DNA of 64,000 bases from contig NC_045697.1 in the NCBI RefSeq assembly GCF_009834535.1, forward strand, positions 36,272,001-36,336,000, given 5' to 3'. The translations under genes were made by a program, and so were the position numbers. How positions within the stretch are numbered: the first letter of the stretch is position 1; every line of letters begins with the position of its first letter. Below the pieces are notes generated by a model that worked only from the letters and a program-made list of their open reading frames with translations, was not told the origin of the DNA and made no database searches. Of the stretch, positions 38,864 to 52,987 are shown one piece after another. This stretch comes from Camelus ferus. Its lineage: Eukaryota.

Positions 38864-39900
38864 TCCCTGAGCTGAGGGATATGCAATTCTATACCTAAAG
38901 AGTATCCAGCAAAATAGATACGTGACATGGCACATAATTGTGAAATTTGAGAATACTGGTAATAAAGATAAGATCCTATAAGCTACCATAGAGGGGAAAA
39001 AATGTTACAAAGGGTTAGAAATCAGAACAGTTCAGACACCTCACAAGCAATAGTAGAATCAAGAAAACAATAAAGCAATGTCTTCAAAATTCCAAAAGAA
39101 AACTATACCTAAGTTGAATTCTATACTCAGTCAAATTATCAATATAATAGGAGGGTAGCATACAGGCATTTTCAGCTCTTCAAGGTCTCAAAAGTTATAT
39201 CCCCTATGTCCTGTCTCTCAGGAAATTACTAGACATATCCTCTACAAAAACAGGGGAGAAAAGTCAAAAGAGAGGAAGGCATGGAGTAGAGACAAACAGA
39301 AGACTCAACCCAGGGGACCTGTTGATGGTGAAGAAAAAACTCAGAAACACAACTATGATCTTAGGCATATAAGACAAGCAGTCAGGCTGGATCAGAATGA
39401 CTCAGGAGTCAGGCATGTTGAAGGCTGTCATCATCATGCCCTTTACCTGACAAAAATACTGGGAGGTTGTGCTCCACCAAATCAAGGGAGTAAACCAAGA
39501 AAGGTAAAGAAGGAAGAGATCCAAGAAAGTGACTCCACTTTAGGGAAAAAAAAAAAAAAAGCAAATGAAAATAAAAGGATGACAGCAAAGAATGATAATA
39601 TCCAGGATGAGAACTGGGCATACCCCTTCAGAAACAGAATGGAGGTTTATAACAAAAAACAAATAAACAAAAACAGAATCACTTGAAATCCTGACTCTGA
39701 TGCAATTAATCTTATGGACAATTGTAGGACCAAAAAAAAAAAAAAAAAAAAGAAGGCTATTGAAACATGTGCAAAAAATTAGTAATTGGTACAAATCAAA
39801 CAATAAACAAAAGTTATTTATTAACTCCAGAAAAACAAAAAGTAAAAAGGTAAACATAATCATAGTACATTACAATCAGCTGTGCACATTTGCCTAAGCA
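37260..39900 (+). mobile_element. Old L1ME/HAL1 5' UTR-ORF1 remnant, with (CA)n at 38822-38860
   Basis: Starts AAGATGGC. ORF 38627..38875 (IKNSIKSLEDKIEDISQK) resembles the L1 ORF1 coiled coil. Frameshifted. Confidence 0.7.
37817..38170 (+). mobile_element. MaLR solo LTR (MLT1A0-like), full length
   Basis: TGCTATGG...GACTAAGACA termini; 5-bp TSD CCACC at 37812-37816 and 38171-38175. Confidence 0.92.
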
Positions 39901-39919
39901 TTATTAACATTAATTAACA

Positions 39920-40906
39920 ACCCCAGTTCCCCAAAACACAACTCAAATTTCAGTATATTAACTGTGACTAACCATATAAAGTACAGACTGCACTGTTAGT
40001 TCTTCAGTCCAAAAATACTGCAGAAATAACAGATGTGCATCACAATTGGTGACCAGTCACATCATTTCTTTCAGAGTCTGTCGGTGATTGGCTACTGCAT
40101 GTCTGTTAATTCGGTTCACACACAGACAGCAAAGTGTGTGCTTATGTTGACTCTCTGTCTCCCAGTGATGAACTCCCATGACATTTTAACAGAATGGATA
40201 ACTCAAAGTGGAAATTAGCTTAAAAAGATGAAAGTGCGGCAAATAAAAAGTGACAACACTAGATGTGAAATTCAAACAGAACACTAGCGTAATTACAGAA
40301 GGAGCTGACTGTGAGAATGCTGACACTCCTGCCATTCAAGAAATTCCACATATGCAGCCAGAAGACATGAGTGAAGGTGAACTTATCCACATACATGAGG
40401 AAAGTGGTTGTGATGAGGAAGATGAAGATGTTCCAGTGGAAGTGACACAGGCAAAAAATTTCATGTTTCAAGGAACTCTCAGGGATATTCACAACATTGC
40501 AAGTGCAAAGGATAAAGTGTTGGAAGTTGATCCAAACTTAGAAAAGAGCATTACAGTTCAGGAAGGCATAGAAAACATGCTTGCTCCCTACTGTATGTTA
40601 CACAAGAAGGCAAGCCATATTCCAACTCTTCTTGATAAATTTTTTAGCAAAAACAAAAAAATCAAAAACCCCACTTCAACTCTCCATGTTTCTAGTGTTT
40701 GAAATTACAATGCAGTAAATAAACATTAATTTCCCTTTACATGAGCAAAAGTAGATGAGTTTTTAACGTTCTGACAAAAAACCTTTAAAGGTCATGGGAC
40801 AACTATAACTTTTCCCATTGATGATTAAAGTTGTTCACAGCTTCAATCACTTTTTACAGTCATTTTTATCAACACACACCACTGTTCAAAGTGATGACTG
40901 TCTGTA
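39920..40906 (+). mobile_element. TcMar-Tigger internal-deletion derivative (Tigger13a-like) with transposase remnants
   Basis: Right end AAAGTGATGACTGTCTG-TA resembles a Tigger terminal inverted repeat plus TA target. Frame 40250-40702 gives an acidic pogo/Tigger-like C-terminus ending TLLDKFF. Confidence 0.75.
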
Positions 40907-42484
40907 TTCGATTTTTTAAAATTATACACGTGTTACTTTGCCAAAAATTAAATTAACAAAGAAATGTTAACTAGAACTGCTCGCGAATAAGAGGGGAAGG
41001 TCAATGAGGAAATGGTTTCAGAAATCAAAGAACAGTCCTTGTGCATGGTAAATATGTGATAGTGTTATTTATAAACAAAGTACTACTGTATACATTATCT
41101 TATTTTTGCTCCACTGTTTAAGATAGATGCAAATACTTCCTTTCCCCAAAATTAAAAAAATAGCCTCGAGGAAGTTAAAGTAACTTGTCCAGAATCATAC
41201 AGCTAGAAAGTGGTGGAAAGAACATGAATCCATGTTCTAGGATTCTAAGTCTTTCTCTTTCCACATCATTTGTCTTTGAACAACTTTAATTCATTGTTTC
41301 TTAATCTGCTCTCTTTGCAATCCTTAAAGTTTTTGAAACTAGCAGGAAATACCCAGGAAACTTCTAATAAATAAAATAAAGGACATAAATGTTTGGGAGT
41401 TCCAAAAAGGCAGGAGTCAATGTTAACCCATATATGCCTAGTGCCTCACTCCAAACCTGGCAAACCTTGGAACTTAATACATTTTTGCTAAAAAAGAAAA
41501 AGAAAAGTATGAAGGGAGGTGGGAAGGATTAAGAAAAAAAAGGAATGTTCATATTTCACATTTTTCAAATTGCTGTGTTAACAAAACCAATAATCCCTAA
41601 TGTCCAGAGAAGGATAAACTTAATTAACAGGAGTACCCAGGATCATGGACCAACAGAAATGTGGCTGAGTAGTCTGAAATGTCAATTAATAGAAGGGGTT
41701 AGGTAATTCTATCAGGAAATAATCACTTTTTACATATATTATATTCTAAAATTAAAACCTAACATTAGAAACAATAAACTGGTTTATCAGTGAAGTAACA
41801 ACTGAGTACTATGGATATACCAACAATGGCTCTACAGACATTTATTAAACAATTCAGGGTATGTCATACACTTTGTCCGCAAGTTACTTCTCTTAATAAT
41901 CAGAACCATCTGTGACAGTGCTCCCATTTTATAGAAAAGGAAAGCATGACTCAGCGAAGCTAGGCCACCTATCCAAGGTCCCCAAGCCTGGGTTTGCGGC
42001 AGAGTTGGTGTGCAAACCCAGTCTTCTGACCCCCAACCACGTGTTCCATGCTGCACCATGGCTGTCAGGGTGATGGTAGCAGCCTCTCCTCCCAATCAAA
42101 GTTATGTCTACCTGACGCAATTCCAAAGAAAGGGAAAAGTACATATTTTCAGAATGAATCACAGGAAGAATTGGAAAAATCTTATAAATTAAATGTCTTA
42201 TCAAAATTGTATCTTGAATTAAATGATGAATTGACTGCGCAATGTTTCTATGATTTTTGGCCAAAAAAAAAAAAAAATTCCAGGGGACTAGATTAACCCC
42301 AAGAAGCTTGGCCCTTTGAAAATCCACCTGCCTTAGGTAACTAACCAACTCTTAGAAAGAAGTTATTAGAATATGTTCCATGGAGGCCAATACAAATTGG
42401 TCATGGTAATGGATCCAATATTTGAATTCCTAACAAATACTAATTTGAATTCACTGCTCCTGTGAACAGATTCAGGGTGGAGCT

Positions 42485-42598
42485 TAGAGTGACCAACTCT
42501 CTCAGTTTTCCTGGGTCTGAGGAAAATCTCAAGACTTAGTATGTTTAGTGCTGAAACAGGGAAAGTCCCAGGCACACTGGGGCCAGCTGATCATCCTA
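42485..42598. mobile_element. MER81-like hAT-Blackjack MITE
   Basis: Inverted termini TAGAGTGACCAACT / AGCTGATCATCCTA; 114 bp. Confidence 0.8.
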
Positions 42599-43773
42599 TG
42601 GAGGTGGCATGACAACAGGGGATACACACACCAAAATATAGTGCCTTCCTGCTCTCACTCTCCAAGGTCAAAGTCTAAATAATGCTAACATAATATCCAC
42701 AATCCAAAAGCTTAGTGCTTAAGGCATCCCACCATGTCCTTGATCAAAGTAGATGAGAAGATACTCTAGATGAGGGCGTAGCAGCCAGCAAGTCTGCTCC
42801 TTTGAACAACAGTCAGACTTGGGTTAATAGCTGTGCCCACATACCCTTTGAAAACTGGAAGCTGAGGGGTTAAATGTGGTGACTCTCTTTAAAGATCCAA
42901 TGGAGGCACAAAACTAATGGTCCATTCTTCTGAGTATAAGATTGTCCACTTAACTGTTCCTCCCTATATTGCTAATTGTGGGGTCAGAAATAATTTACAC
43001 TGAACATAATTTCATTATCTAGCCTATGCTTCATTCATTCATGGATGTATACCCTCACTATGTACTTAACCAATAAGCTTTTGGGGAATATCTATGATTG
43101 TCAGACACTGTGTTAAGACTAGGAAAAAGATGACAAGACACAGCTTCTGTCCTTGAGAAACTGCACTATAGAGAAGTGACAGACTCGTGTTTGCAGAGCC
43201 CTTGGGTTGTTTTGCAGGTGACTTTATGATCTTACTCCATTTTTTAAAAATCCCAAACTGGAAATAGTGGATGATGAATTTTAAGTGTAGTTTATGCAAA
43301 AAAGAGGACAGGGGAACTCCAATCAGCAAATCCTTACTCAAAGAAAAGACCTGGCACTCCATCAAAAGATTGGTGAATGAATGGATATACTTTATATAAG
43401 TTTTTAAATGCTGATGTGTGTATGCATCTTTTTTATGTTTCTTTTGAACTGAGTTTTAAAATAACTAGTCATCTTCTGGCCCTGATTACCATTGATAAGA
43501 CTTGAACTATAGTTTTAAGTTCAGAAAGTGGGTTCACTCATCTTCAGTTAACTCTTTTGTTATTTTCACATCTCGAGGCGAACCCTTCCATGATAGACAT
43601 CTGCACGGGGTAGACTCTACTTGACCCTAATGCTTAAGATTCTGGTCTCCAAACTGTGGGCAGACAGGAGGGCAGGTGGGTGGGAGTGGGGAGAAGAAGG
43701 GGTTGAAGCATTGATACTAAGAGGCTACAAGGAGAGGTGACACAAGGGTGGGACTGGAAAGATTTGTTTAGAC

Positions 43774-44278
43774 CAATAGTTCTCAAACTGTGGTTAGGGG
43801 ACTCTGGGGAACATTTTCAGGGACCCACAAGGTCAAAATTACTTTCACAATAATACTAAGACATTATTTGCCTTTTTTGCACTCTCATTCTCTTAGGAGC
43901 ATACAGTGAAGTTCTCCAGAAGCGATATAACATGTGACATGACAACAGAGCGAATGCAGAAGCAGGCAGGAGAATCCAGCTGTCTGCTATTAATCCATTT
44001 TAAAGAGATTTGCAAAATGTAAAACACTGCTCTCTTCTCTCTAAATGTTTCTGTTTTGAAAAAAGTTATTTTTCCTGAAAAATCTATTATTTATATTAAC
44101 ATGTAATCTACTATTATTATTTTTAATGAAATAATGTTTTTTAAAAATTTCCTAGTTTTAATTTGTAAAATGGTTGATATCAATAGATACAACCCATATA
44201 AACAAAAGCTCTTTGGGATCCATAATAGTGTTCAAAAAAATAAAGGAGTCCTAAAACCAAAAAGCTTGAGATCCACTG
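43774..44278 (+). mobile_element. Complete non-autonomous hAT element (Charlie1b-like)
   Basis: Inverted termini CAATAGTTCTCAA / TTGAGATCCACTG; 8-bp TSD GTTTAGAC (43766-43773) / GTTTAAAC (44279-44286). Confidence 0.88.
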
Positions 44279-46149
44279 GTTTAAACTACAAACTGAAAGG
44301 TCAAAACTGCCAACTAAGGAGTTTGAATTTTAGGCTTAACGAGGCTATTTTCTACTTTCTATTTGACTATTTCACCTTCACTTTTCCTTCTCTTCTTTGG
44401 CTGTCTTATAATATTGAATGGGTGGTATCCACCCAAGCTAAATTTCCTCCAGCTGAATTTTAAATTATAGGCATGGTACCTTTGTTCCTTCTGCTGGGGG
44501 AAAAAAATTCCAGCACTTAATAAAATTCACTGTTGGGAAAACATTCTCCTCCCCTCAAAACCAAACGCTCCTTTCCTTCCCCAAAGTTGGTAAAGTTAAC
44601 TATGTATCATAGCTTTAAAAGGACCAGGACTTGAAAGAGTCAAAACAATACAAAATGTAGGAAGTAGATCTAGCTTGCTGTATTCAGTGCACCCAAGTTG
44701 ACACAACCATGATGAAAGCAATTAGCCTGTCAGTAAGAATCTGCCCGTCTCACTTCCCAAGCCAACAGCACAGCCCAGGACAGCTTGGAAAAAGCATCCA
44801 AGTCAAAAGAAAGCAAGGGCTATTTGCACATGAACAGAGAACAGCACAATAACATTAAGGAGATAGTGAGTGTGTGTATATGTGTGAGTGTGTGTGTGTT
44901 GGGATGGAAGGGAAAGAGATAAGGAATTATGGACAAATTACTAACATTCATTAAGATACAAAGTAAATTGTTCAGATTAGACACAGAGTTTTAGAGTAGT
45001 TATTTTTATACAATTGCTGCATGGGATCATTTGTTCTTTTGAAATCATGGCAGGTTTTAAACGGAAACCAATTGAACCATTCAAATTCTGCTTTACAAGT
45101 GAACCTTAACTCATTTGCAGTCATTACATCAATAATTTTTTTAACCAGCACATTCTACTTTTTCTATCTTGATAGCAAATATAGTTGATTTAAAAATATG
45201 TATAAATACATAACTAGGTGCAGGTAGTCAGTGGACCAAGAAAAATATTCAGCCTGAATGTATTCAGTATGGCTGTTCCAACTGTTAAAATATTGAAACA
45301 CATCTGTAATAATGATAAATGAAGTATGTGTAAACACATATGGTACACATAAATAGTGTCTAACAATGATTATACTAGAATTATTTAGTATGCTTAGTAT
45401 AAAAAGCATTACCTTTTTATAAAGTTTACTGTCTACAAACAACCCAACTGTATGTAAGATTTCAGATATAATTGTCTCTAGCATAAACATAAAAAGATAA
45501 TAAGTAAAGATACAACTCAAGATTACTATCTTTTTATGTTTTATTGCTGCAGGTGTATAGGAAAAAAAAATCCTCTTGGAGATGCACAGTGCCAGAACAA
45601 AAACTCCAAAACCTTCTTTGGAATAGAATAAGAAAAAAACACTTCTGACTTAATTCACTTCTCTTCAGGGACCTGACTCTTGTTACAAAGAGGAGGCTGA
45701 TATTAAAACCAGAGTGAGTGGGACCTACACAGTCTACACGCTTTCAGTTAGGTCCTATAAAAAAAAAAAAAAAGCTCTCTGTCACTTTTAAGAGTTCATA
45801 CACAAAAACTTCATGCCAATTCAAGCTAAAGGAAAATTTAAAAATTAAGATGTATAAGCAAATAATAAGCAGCATGTGAGAGTATCAGTGGAATTCTGCT
45901 TTGAAAATTTTTTTCCTCTTTTTTTCAAAAATTTTTTTATTTAAGTGTAGATTGAAATGCTAGTTTCAGGTGTAGGGCAAAGTGATTCAGGTATACACAT
46001 ATATATGTATGAGAGTTCTTAAAAATTCTTTCATCCATCCAATTAATAATGCTATGTGGGGTTTTTTTTCAATGCTTAACATTATTTTAAGACCTGCTAA
46101 GATCAAAACACCAAATGATAATAATAATGGTTACTACCACCACCACTAC

Positions 46150-46715
46150 AGGAGCCTACAAGGCCTCAAAATCTGCCCCCCACCCTCCTCACCACACTTG
46201 TCTGAGCTCATCCCCTGCTACCCGACACACACCCCAGCAGTGGCCTCCAATCTGCTTCAGGGTTTCGGCCCTTCCTGCTGCCTTTGCCTAGAAAACTCTT
46301 TCACTAGGTGGCCTCTGCATTCAGCTCTCCACTTGTCACTTCCTCAGAAAAGCCCAACCTTCACTTTATGGTAACCCCCACTGCTTATTATCCCCATAAC
46401 CCAGATTCATTTTTCACCATAGCACTTATCACTAATAGTGACACTCCAATTCGTTAAGAGCCAGTACAGTAAGTGCACCAATCAATGAAACAGATGCCAA
46501 AGACAACCTGATCAGTTTATAAGCTCATTATCATACATGCTTTATGTGTTAGTTTGTTTACTGTCTGTTTCCTTAACTAGAAAGTAAGCTCTATCAGGGA
46601 AGGGACTCTTAAGATTCACTACTCTAGTCCTACCACATGGAACATGAGTTTCATGTGCCATAGGTACTACTATTAGTCACACGGTAGGCACTCAGTAAGT
46701 ATTTGTTGAAATGAG
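46150..46715 (-). mobile_element. L2 3' fragment
   Basis: CATAGCACTTATCACT...ACTAGAAAGTAAGCTC...GTAGGCACTCAGTAAGTATTTGTTGAA. Confidence 0.7.
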
Positions 46716-47038
46716 TAACGGAGGACCTTCTGTGTGTCCATGTATTAATATATTCCAAGAAATTACCAGAAATGTGAAGAATATTTTTATATAAAATGTG
46801 GTCAGGTATTGAGTTATTAAAAGATTGTATAAATGGACACATATGCAAAATTTTATAGCACTAGATACAATAAAGCAGTTAATAATAACATCTTACTAAC
46901 CATAATTCAATATCTTTGATGATTCAGAGGTCAAGTGCAAGGCTTCACATACATAACAAGAGTCCCAAAGACTTAGCCAGTTCTGACTGGTTCTACTGTT
47001 GGGGAGGGAGAATGTCTCTAAGAAAATAAATATGCCCT

Positions 47039-47594
47039 TGGAAACAATCTAAATGTCCATCACCAGGTGAATGGATAAAGAAGATGTGGTATATGTATAG
47101 AATGGAATATTACTCAGCCATAAAATAAGAATAAAATAATGCCATTTGCAGCACGGATGGACCTAGAGATTATCATATTAAGTGAAGTCAGACAGAGAAA
47201 GACAAGTATCACATGACATCACTTATATGTGAAATCTAAAAAAGTGATGAAATGAACTTGTTTACAAAACAGAAATAGACTCATAGATGTAGAAAACAAA
47301 CTTGTGGTTACCAAAGGGGAAGGCAAGGGTAAGGGGTGGCGGGGAGAGGGATAAATTAGGAGTTTGGGATTAACATACATACATCACTATACATAAAGTG
47401 GATAAGCAGCAAAGACCTATTGTGTAGCACAGGAAACTGTATTCAATATCTTGTAATAACCTGTAATGGAAAAGATTCTAAAAAAGAACAGATATACATG
47501 TATAACTGAATCATTCTGCTGTACACCTGAAACTAATACAGCATTGTAAATTAACTATACTTCAATTTTAAAAATGGTTTGGAAAAAAAAAAAA
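47039..47594 (+). mobile_element. L1 3' end (artiodactyl-type), 5'-truncated, with poly(A)
   Basis: GAATGGATAAAGAAGATGTGG...GGACCTAGAGATTATCAT...CTGTACACCTGAAACTAA...AACTATACTTCAAT followed by an A tract. Confidence 0.92.
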
Positions 47595-50500
47595 GGCTTT
47601 GTTACAACAAAAAAAAGCCAATCACTCAATCAATCAATCAATAAGAAAGCCTTACTAAAATAAAAAAACTGAAACCCAATTTAAATTACATGTCAGGGTT
47701 ATTTGAAATGCTATCTTCTCTTTCCTCTTAATAAAGCAAAACAAACTCTCACGCAGGAAGTGGTACAAATGAATCTCAGCTGTATCATGATTCTTATTTT
47801 AATCATGGAACAGAACTAGTATTGGTGAAGTCCTGGCAAATCGGGAGGTAACAGTAGTCCTAGTGGCAGCAGCAGAGGAGCAGGAGCAGGAGCAGTCTAC
47901 CTTTGGAGGACCCATGACCTAGCAGGCACTGGGCCTCGTGCAGTGTACACATTATTCCTAAGGCCCAGAACCACCCCAAAGCCACCCCAGTTACACAAAC
48001 GAGTAAAAGGGGGTTTTGAAAGATCAAGAGACTTGATCCTTGGAGACTGAAAGTAAGGTAATATTAATCATTACAGTGTTTCCTCAAGGAAAGGAGAAAA
48101 GAAAATAATATCCCTTTTAATTGATGAAGCAACTAAATTAAGAGGCCTTGCTAGTAACTACCTATTCTTGACAATATTACAACAGTTATATGGTTATGCC
48201 TCCCCACCTCTAACTCCTTCTTCAGTGGTGACTTCTGATATGAATTCCCATCTAATAGATATTTTCCAGATTTGGGATACAATTTTTAGACTACAACTGC
48301 ATTGACTGCTTGCTTATTTTACTTATTACTTATATGAACTTCAAATCAAGGCTATTGTACTAGGGAAAAAATAAGGCAAGATTAAAATGGCAGTACCAGG
48401 AGAAGGAAGGTAGAACAAGATTAACATCATTGCAAAGGTGGTAGTCAGGAGCTGAAGAACAGGAAAGCCCAGCAGCCCTACCACGGCTGGCCACACTGCC
48501 AGTCCTCGCACCCCGTCTACACCTCAGGAGCTACGAGAAGAGGCAGCAGAGGAACAAAACAAAACCAAAAAAACTGTTTAACAACACATGGGACTGATTC
48601 TGTTCATTGTGTCCCTTTGTTCCTGGTACCTGACATTACTTTGAAAGAGTCAAATTTCAGTATCACCGAGTTTCCTGCCCACATTGTTTTCCCATTAGGC
48701 TTATTACTAAAACAGCTTTTCACAACATCAGTTAACACTTTAGGAAAATCTTTTTCTATACAACCAGCTTATCTGGATTATGTCTTCCCTCCTTTTCCCT
48801 GCTTTGTTTCTTAAACACAGGAAAAATGGTACAAATTTTAATCATGTTCTAAAACAGTGAGAGAAGCAACAATGACTCAATGAGTTAAGAAAATTATAAA
48901 ATCCTTGGTGTTGAAACAAAGAACCCTGATTGTGTTACCAACAGTATTGCACATGCATGTGCTTCAACATTCCTCTCAAAGCATTCCCCAAAGAAATTAT
49001 TTTTAAATGACTGCAAAGCATACGGCTAAAAGTGGCTGCCAAAAAGCTTAATTGTCTTTTCTTCTCCATGGGACAGTGGATATCTGACTATGATAAATTT
49101 TTCAAAATATTAAGTGATAAATATTTGCTAATAGTATCTTGAACTTACTTTTTTATTTGAAGTTTTTATTTGGTTTAACAACATTGAGATAACTACTTTA
49201 ATGACAGTTCTGGAGGGGGAAAAAAAGACTTGGAATCTTCAACATAAATTAAATTTATTAAATTTAGAAGAACTTTTCCAAATAGCATTTTTTTCTCCTA
49301 TAATATTGATTTCGAATGATTTGCCCAGTACAATAAGGCAGTACTAGCTTTCGTTACCATATTTAATCATGATTTCAGAGATATGTCAAAACATCAAAGG
49401 GCTATCATCGCAAGTAATAAGCTGGAAGAAAAGGACTGGTGCCAAAAAGTTTAAAGCCCTAATTTGTATTGTGTCTGATTTAATTATTGTTATCTTTGAA
49501 AAGTAATATGATTTCAGCTTTGTGCATTTAATTTGGGACCCAGATATTTGCAGACAAGGGCAGTAGCAGATTCTACAGAAATATATTTATGTAGTACCTC
49601 AAAGGAAATTTTGTTTTCTTCCCCTGAAAAGAGCATGGACTGGTCACCAGATGTGGAGGCCATATGGCATATGAGCATGAGAGCTCTGGGACAAAAGAAT
49701 GGAGCTAATAAGCCCAATAGGCAAGAGCAACCACTCTGAGATGACGGACAAATGTTCAGTTTTGCTGACTTTCTCAAAAAAAAAAAATGTATACATATAT
49801 ATATATCACCTTATTTTAAACTGAGAAGTACAGCTTAGTCAGTCATTTTCTCCAACATCAAAACCTAATTTTTTTGGTTTGAAAGGAAATTTATCCATGT
49901 GTAGTTTATTACTTGGTCTGAGCTCTGTCCTTTTCACATAACAAATCATGTTGAAGTTAAAAGAAAGAAAACTGAATCAGGAACAGATAGTAAGATTGCT
50001 TTAACTAGTGAATAGATAAATTTTGTTTGCTGTAACTCTCCAGGAACTGTTACAGCTGATCAGTTGCTAAAACCTGTAGGTTCTGTTTCTGGATTATCTC
50101 TTGAATTTAATCCTTCCTCCCCAAGCCTCTGCCCTTCTCCACAAATGTGCATCTTATATGTGAACCCTGCCAGGCTAAAAGGTCCTGCAGCACGCCACAC
50201 AGCAGAACTCTGTGTCTTTGAATACATAGCGCCTACTACCTACTACTTTGAGTGCCTTTCCCACCCTTCTCTAACTGGTAAATTCCCTTTCCTCCTTCAA
50301 AACATAGTTTAAGTGTCAACTGCTCGTGAAATCTCATTTGGCTTGCCCAGGCAAAAAATGTGTCTTTTTTTAATGCCTTTTTCAATGAGCCACTGTGAAT
50401 AAATCCCCTCAACACACTTCTGTTCTAATGAGAAAGGAATAAAGATGATACTAATAGCAGCTGACATTTATAGAGGATGCTATTTATGCCAGACACACGG

Positions 50501-50645
50501 TTAAGTACTTTATGTGAATTATCTCATTCAAGGTTATGAACTTTTAGCATATATAGACATAAAGAGCTCTTACAAATGTACAAAAAATACTACATTTGCA
50601 TTAGACTTTACAGAAACAAGAAAATAAAAATCACTCAATTCAACT

Positions 50646-51145
50646 GAGGTAGACTAAAGACAGTCACAAATTCTTTGTTTCTCCTCCTTTTATGAAGTCC
50701 AATTTTATCCCTTCAACTCTGGGCTGGTTAAAAGAAGTGATGTTCTGGCACCTCTGAGGCTAGGTTATTAGAATAAGCAGTGTTACAGCTTCCACCAGTC
50801 CCCTGCAACACCCTCCCAGGAAGACCGAGCCTCCACGTAAGCAGTCTGGTCACCCTGAGGCTGTCATGTGAAGAGGTCATGTGTAGGCACTGCCACTGAG
50901 CCCATCCTTCGAGCTGTTCCCCACGAGCCCAGACATGTGACTGTCGCCATCCTGGACCCCCTACTTCAGCCCCTCTCCCAGCCAAATGTCGCCAGGTCAC
51001 CACACTAGCTGCCATGCAGAGTTGAAGAACTGCCCAGCTGAGCTCTGCTTGAATTCCTGCCACACAAAATGGACAGATATGATAAAATGCTTGCTCTAAA
51101 CCACTAAATTTTGGGGTAATTTGCTGTGCAGCAGTACATAACTGG
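50646..51145 (+). mobile_element. MaLR solo LTR (MLT1F/G-like)
   Basis: GGTAGACTAAAGA...CACAAATTCTTTG...GAAGAACTGCCCAGCTGAG...CCACTAAATTTTGGGGTAATTTG...ATAACTGG. Confidence 0.8.
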
Positions 51146-51149
51146 AAAA

Positions 51150-51770
51150 TCCTCCACTTACTGAAAACTATAATAATCATTTTCATGTGTTTGTTTCCAT
51201 TATTTCTTCTGATTTTGTCTATGTACCTAACTCCTCTTACTTTCTTCACCCTTTTGTTGTTGTTATTTAACAGGGTTGGAGTTATACTATATATGCAGTT
51301 TTGTTTTCCATATCCATAGGGATTAAACTCTTTCTGTTAGCATTGCATGATTAACATTTCCTCACCTCATTAAAATATTCTTCAATAACTTGCTTTTTAA
51401 TGACTACATACTACCTTCTATCATTCTATTGTGGAACACTTAGGTTGCTCCTAATTTTTCATTATTATAAATAAAACTGCAGTGAACACCATATAAAGTA
51501 AATCATACCGGCATCTCTGACGACATTCTTAAGATTAATTACCACAAGTGAAATTACCAGGAAAGATATAACTCTTAAGGGTCTCATCATGTTGCCAAAG
51601 TGCTTCGACAAAATTCACCCTCCCAAGAGTAATGTATCTTGATGAGCATGTCACTGAACTCTACCCAACACTAAATTATCAGTTGTTAATCTTTGCTAAT
51701 ATGAAGTGGTAAATTGATTTTCAGCGTAGCTTGAGTTTACATTTTTTATTAACTAGGAGAAGTGAACATT
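51150..51770 (-). mobile_element. L1ME fragment; together with the MLT1 it splits a MIR (50450-50530 and 51770-51890)
   Basis: GGAACACTTAGGTTGCT...ATTATAAATAA...GTGAACA L1ME motifs; MIR halves on either side. Confidence 0.55.
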
Positions 51771-52987
51771 TGGAGACTGAGGCTTAATGAGGTAAATAAT
51801 TTCCCATAAGATCACTTGGTAAGTGTTCAGGGCAAAATTCAGATGCAGGACCATCTGATTTTAAAGCCCTTTCTCTTAACCACTAAGCTATAGTTACTAT
51901 AGCTGGTGATTTTCCCCCTTTGTGATTAATTCCATGGCTTTTTTGCTTGGAATGTTCTTCCCTATTCCCAGATAATATATATTCTTACCAATATTTTATA
52001 GTAGTTCTCTTTAGATTTTGGTTTTTAATTTATCCATTTTATACAGCAGTAACTATCCCCCACCAATTGTTCTTGTCCATTTATTAAATATTCTTCCTTT
52101 TCCCATTGGTTTGTGGTACTGCCTTTAAACACATTAAATTTATTAATATTCTATAATACTATAGCAACTACTTTTTAACTATTTTGTAGCAATACAAATT
52201 ATTAGTAATCATTGTTGATGGGGAAGATAGTAATTATTACTGAATTAAAAGAGCAAATAGAAAAAAAACAAAACCTACTAGAAAATATTAACAAACATTA
52301 TTAATACATAATTGACATTATATATTGATAAGTATCAATGTAGGGCTAATTAAATGAGTCTTTAAATCAACATTATTATTTTCCAGGTTTTTACTGACTA
52401 TTTTTAAGAGTAACTTTATCAAATTCTTAAAAAAAATCATTTGCTGGAATTCTGAATGACATTAAATTTATAACTTGAAAGGAAATTTTTATTGAACACC
52501 TACTATGTGTCAGGTGGAAAAACAGCAGTAAACAAAACATACAGGATCCCTACCTTTAGAGAGCTGAGAAGATAAAAATAAATTAGGCAATAAGAAGACA
52601 AAGTGATCAGTACGAGATGATGGGAAGCACCCATGGAAAGGCAGCTAATTTGGACTTGAAGAATAAGGGAAGGTCTTCTGGATAAGTAGAGAAAATGATC
52701 TAGTAGAAGAAAACAGCATATGCAATGACACAGAAGCCAGTGAAATAGATTTGCATGCATATTAAGATCACCGTGGCTAAGTATCTCATTACAACTATCA
52801 TCTCTACCACCAGAAACCAACCAACCTACAAAAACCCCTCTATCACCAATGAAATTATTTTTAACACCCCTTATACAGTTGTCAAATGATTATATTTGCT
52901 ATAGGTTATCTACCCTTAATGGAAAACTGTTTCATGGATTTCCTAGCTGTTAAGGATGTCTTGGATCATCTCATGTCTTTTTACTAC

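Noticed and set aside
38524..38989. Overlapping ORFs, including a coiled-coil-like peptide and CV/TH repeats
   Set aside because: Decayed L1 ORF1 plus a (CA)n microsatellite.
50728..51249. Longest ORF in the track (173 aa, minus strand)
   Set aside because: Lies almost entirely in an antisense MLT1 LTR and has no recognisable domain.
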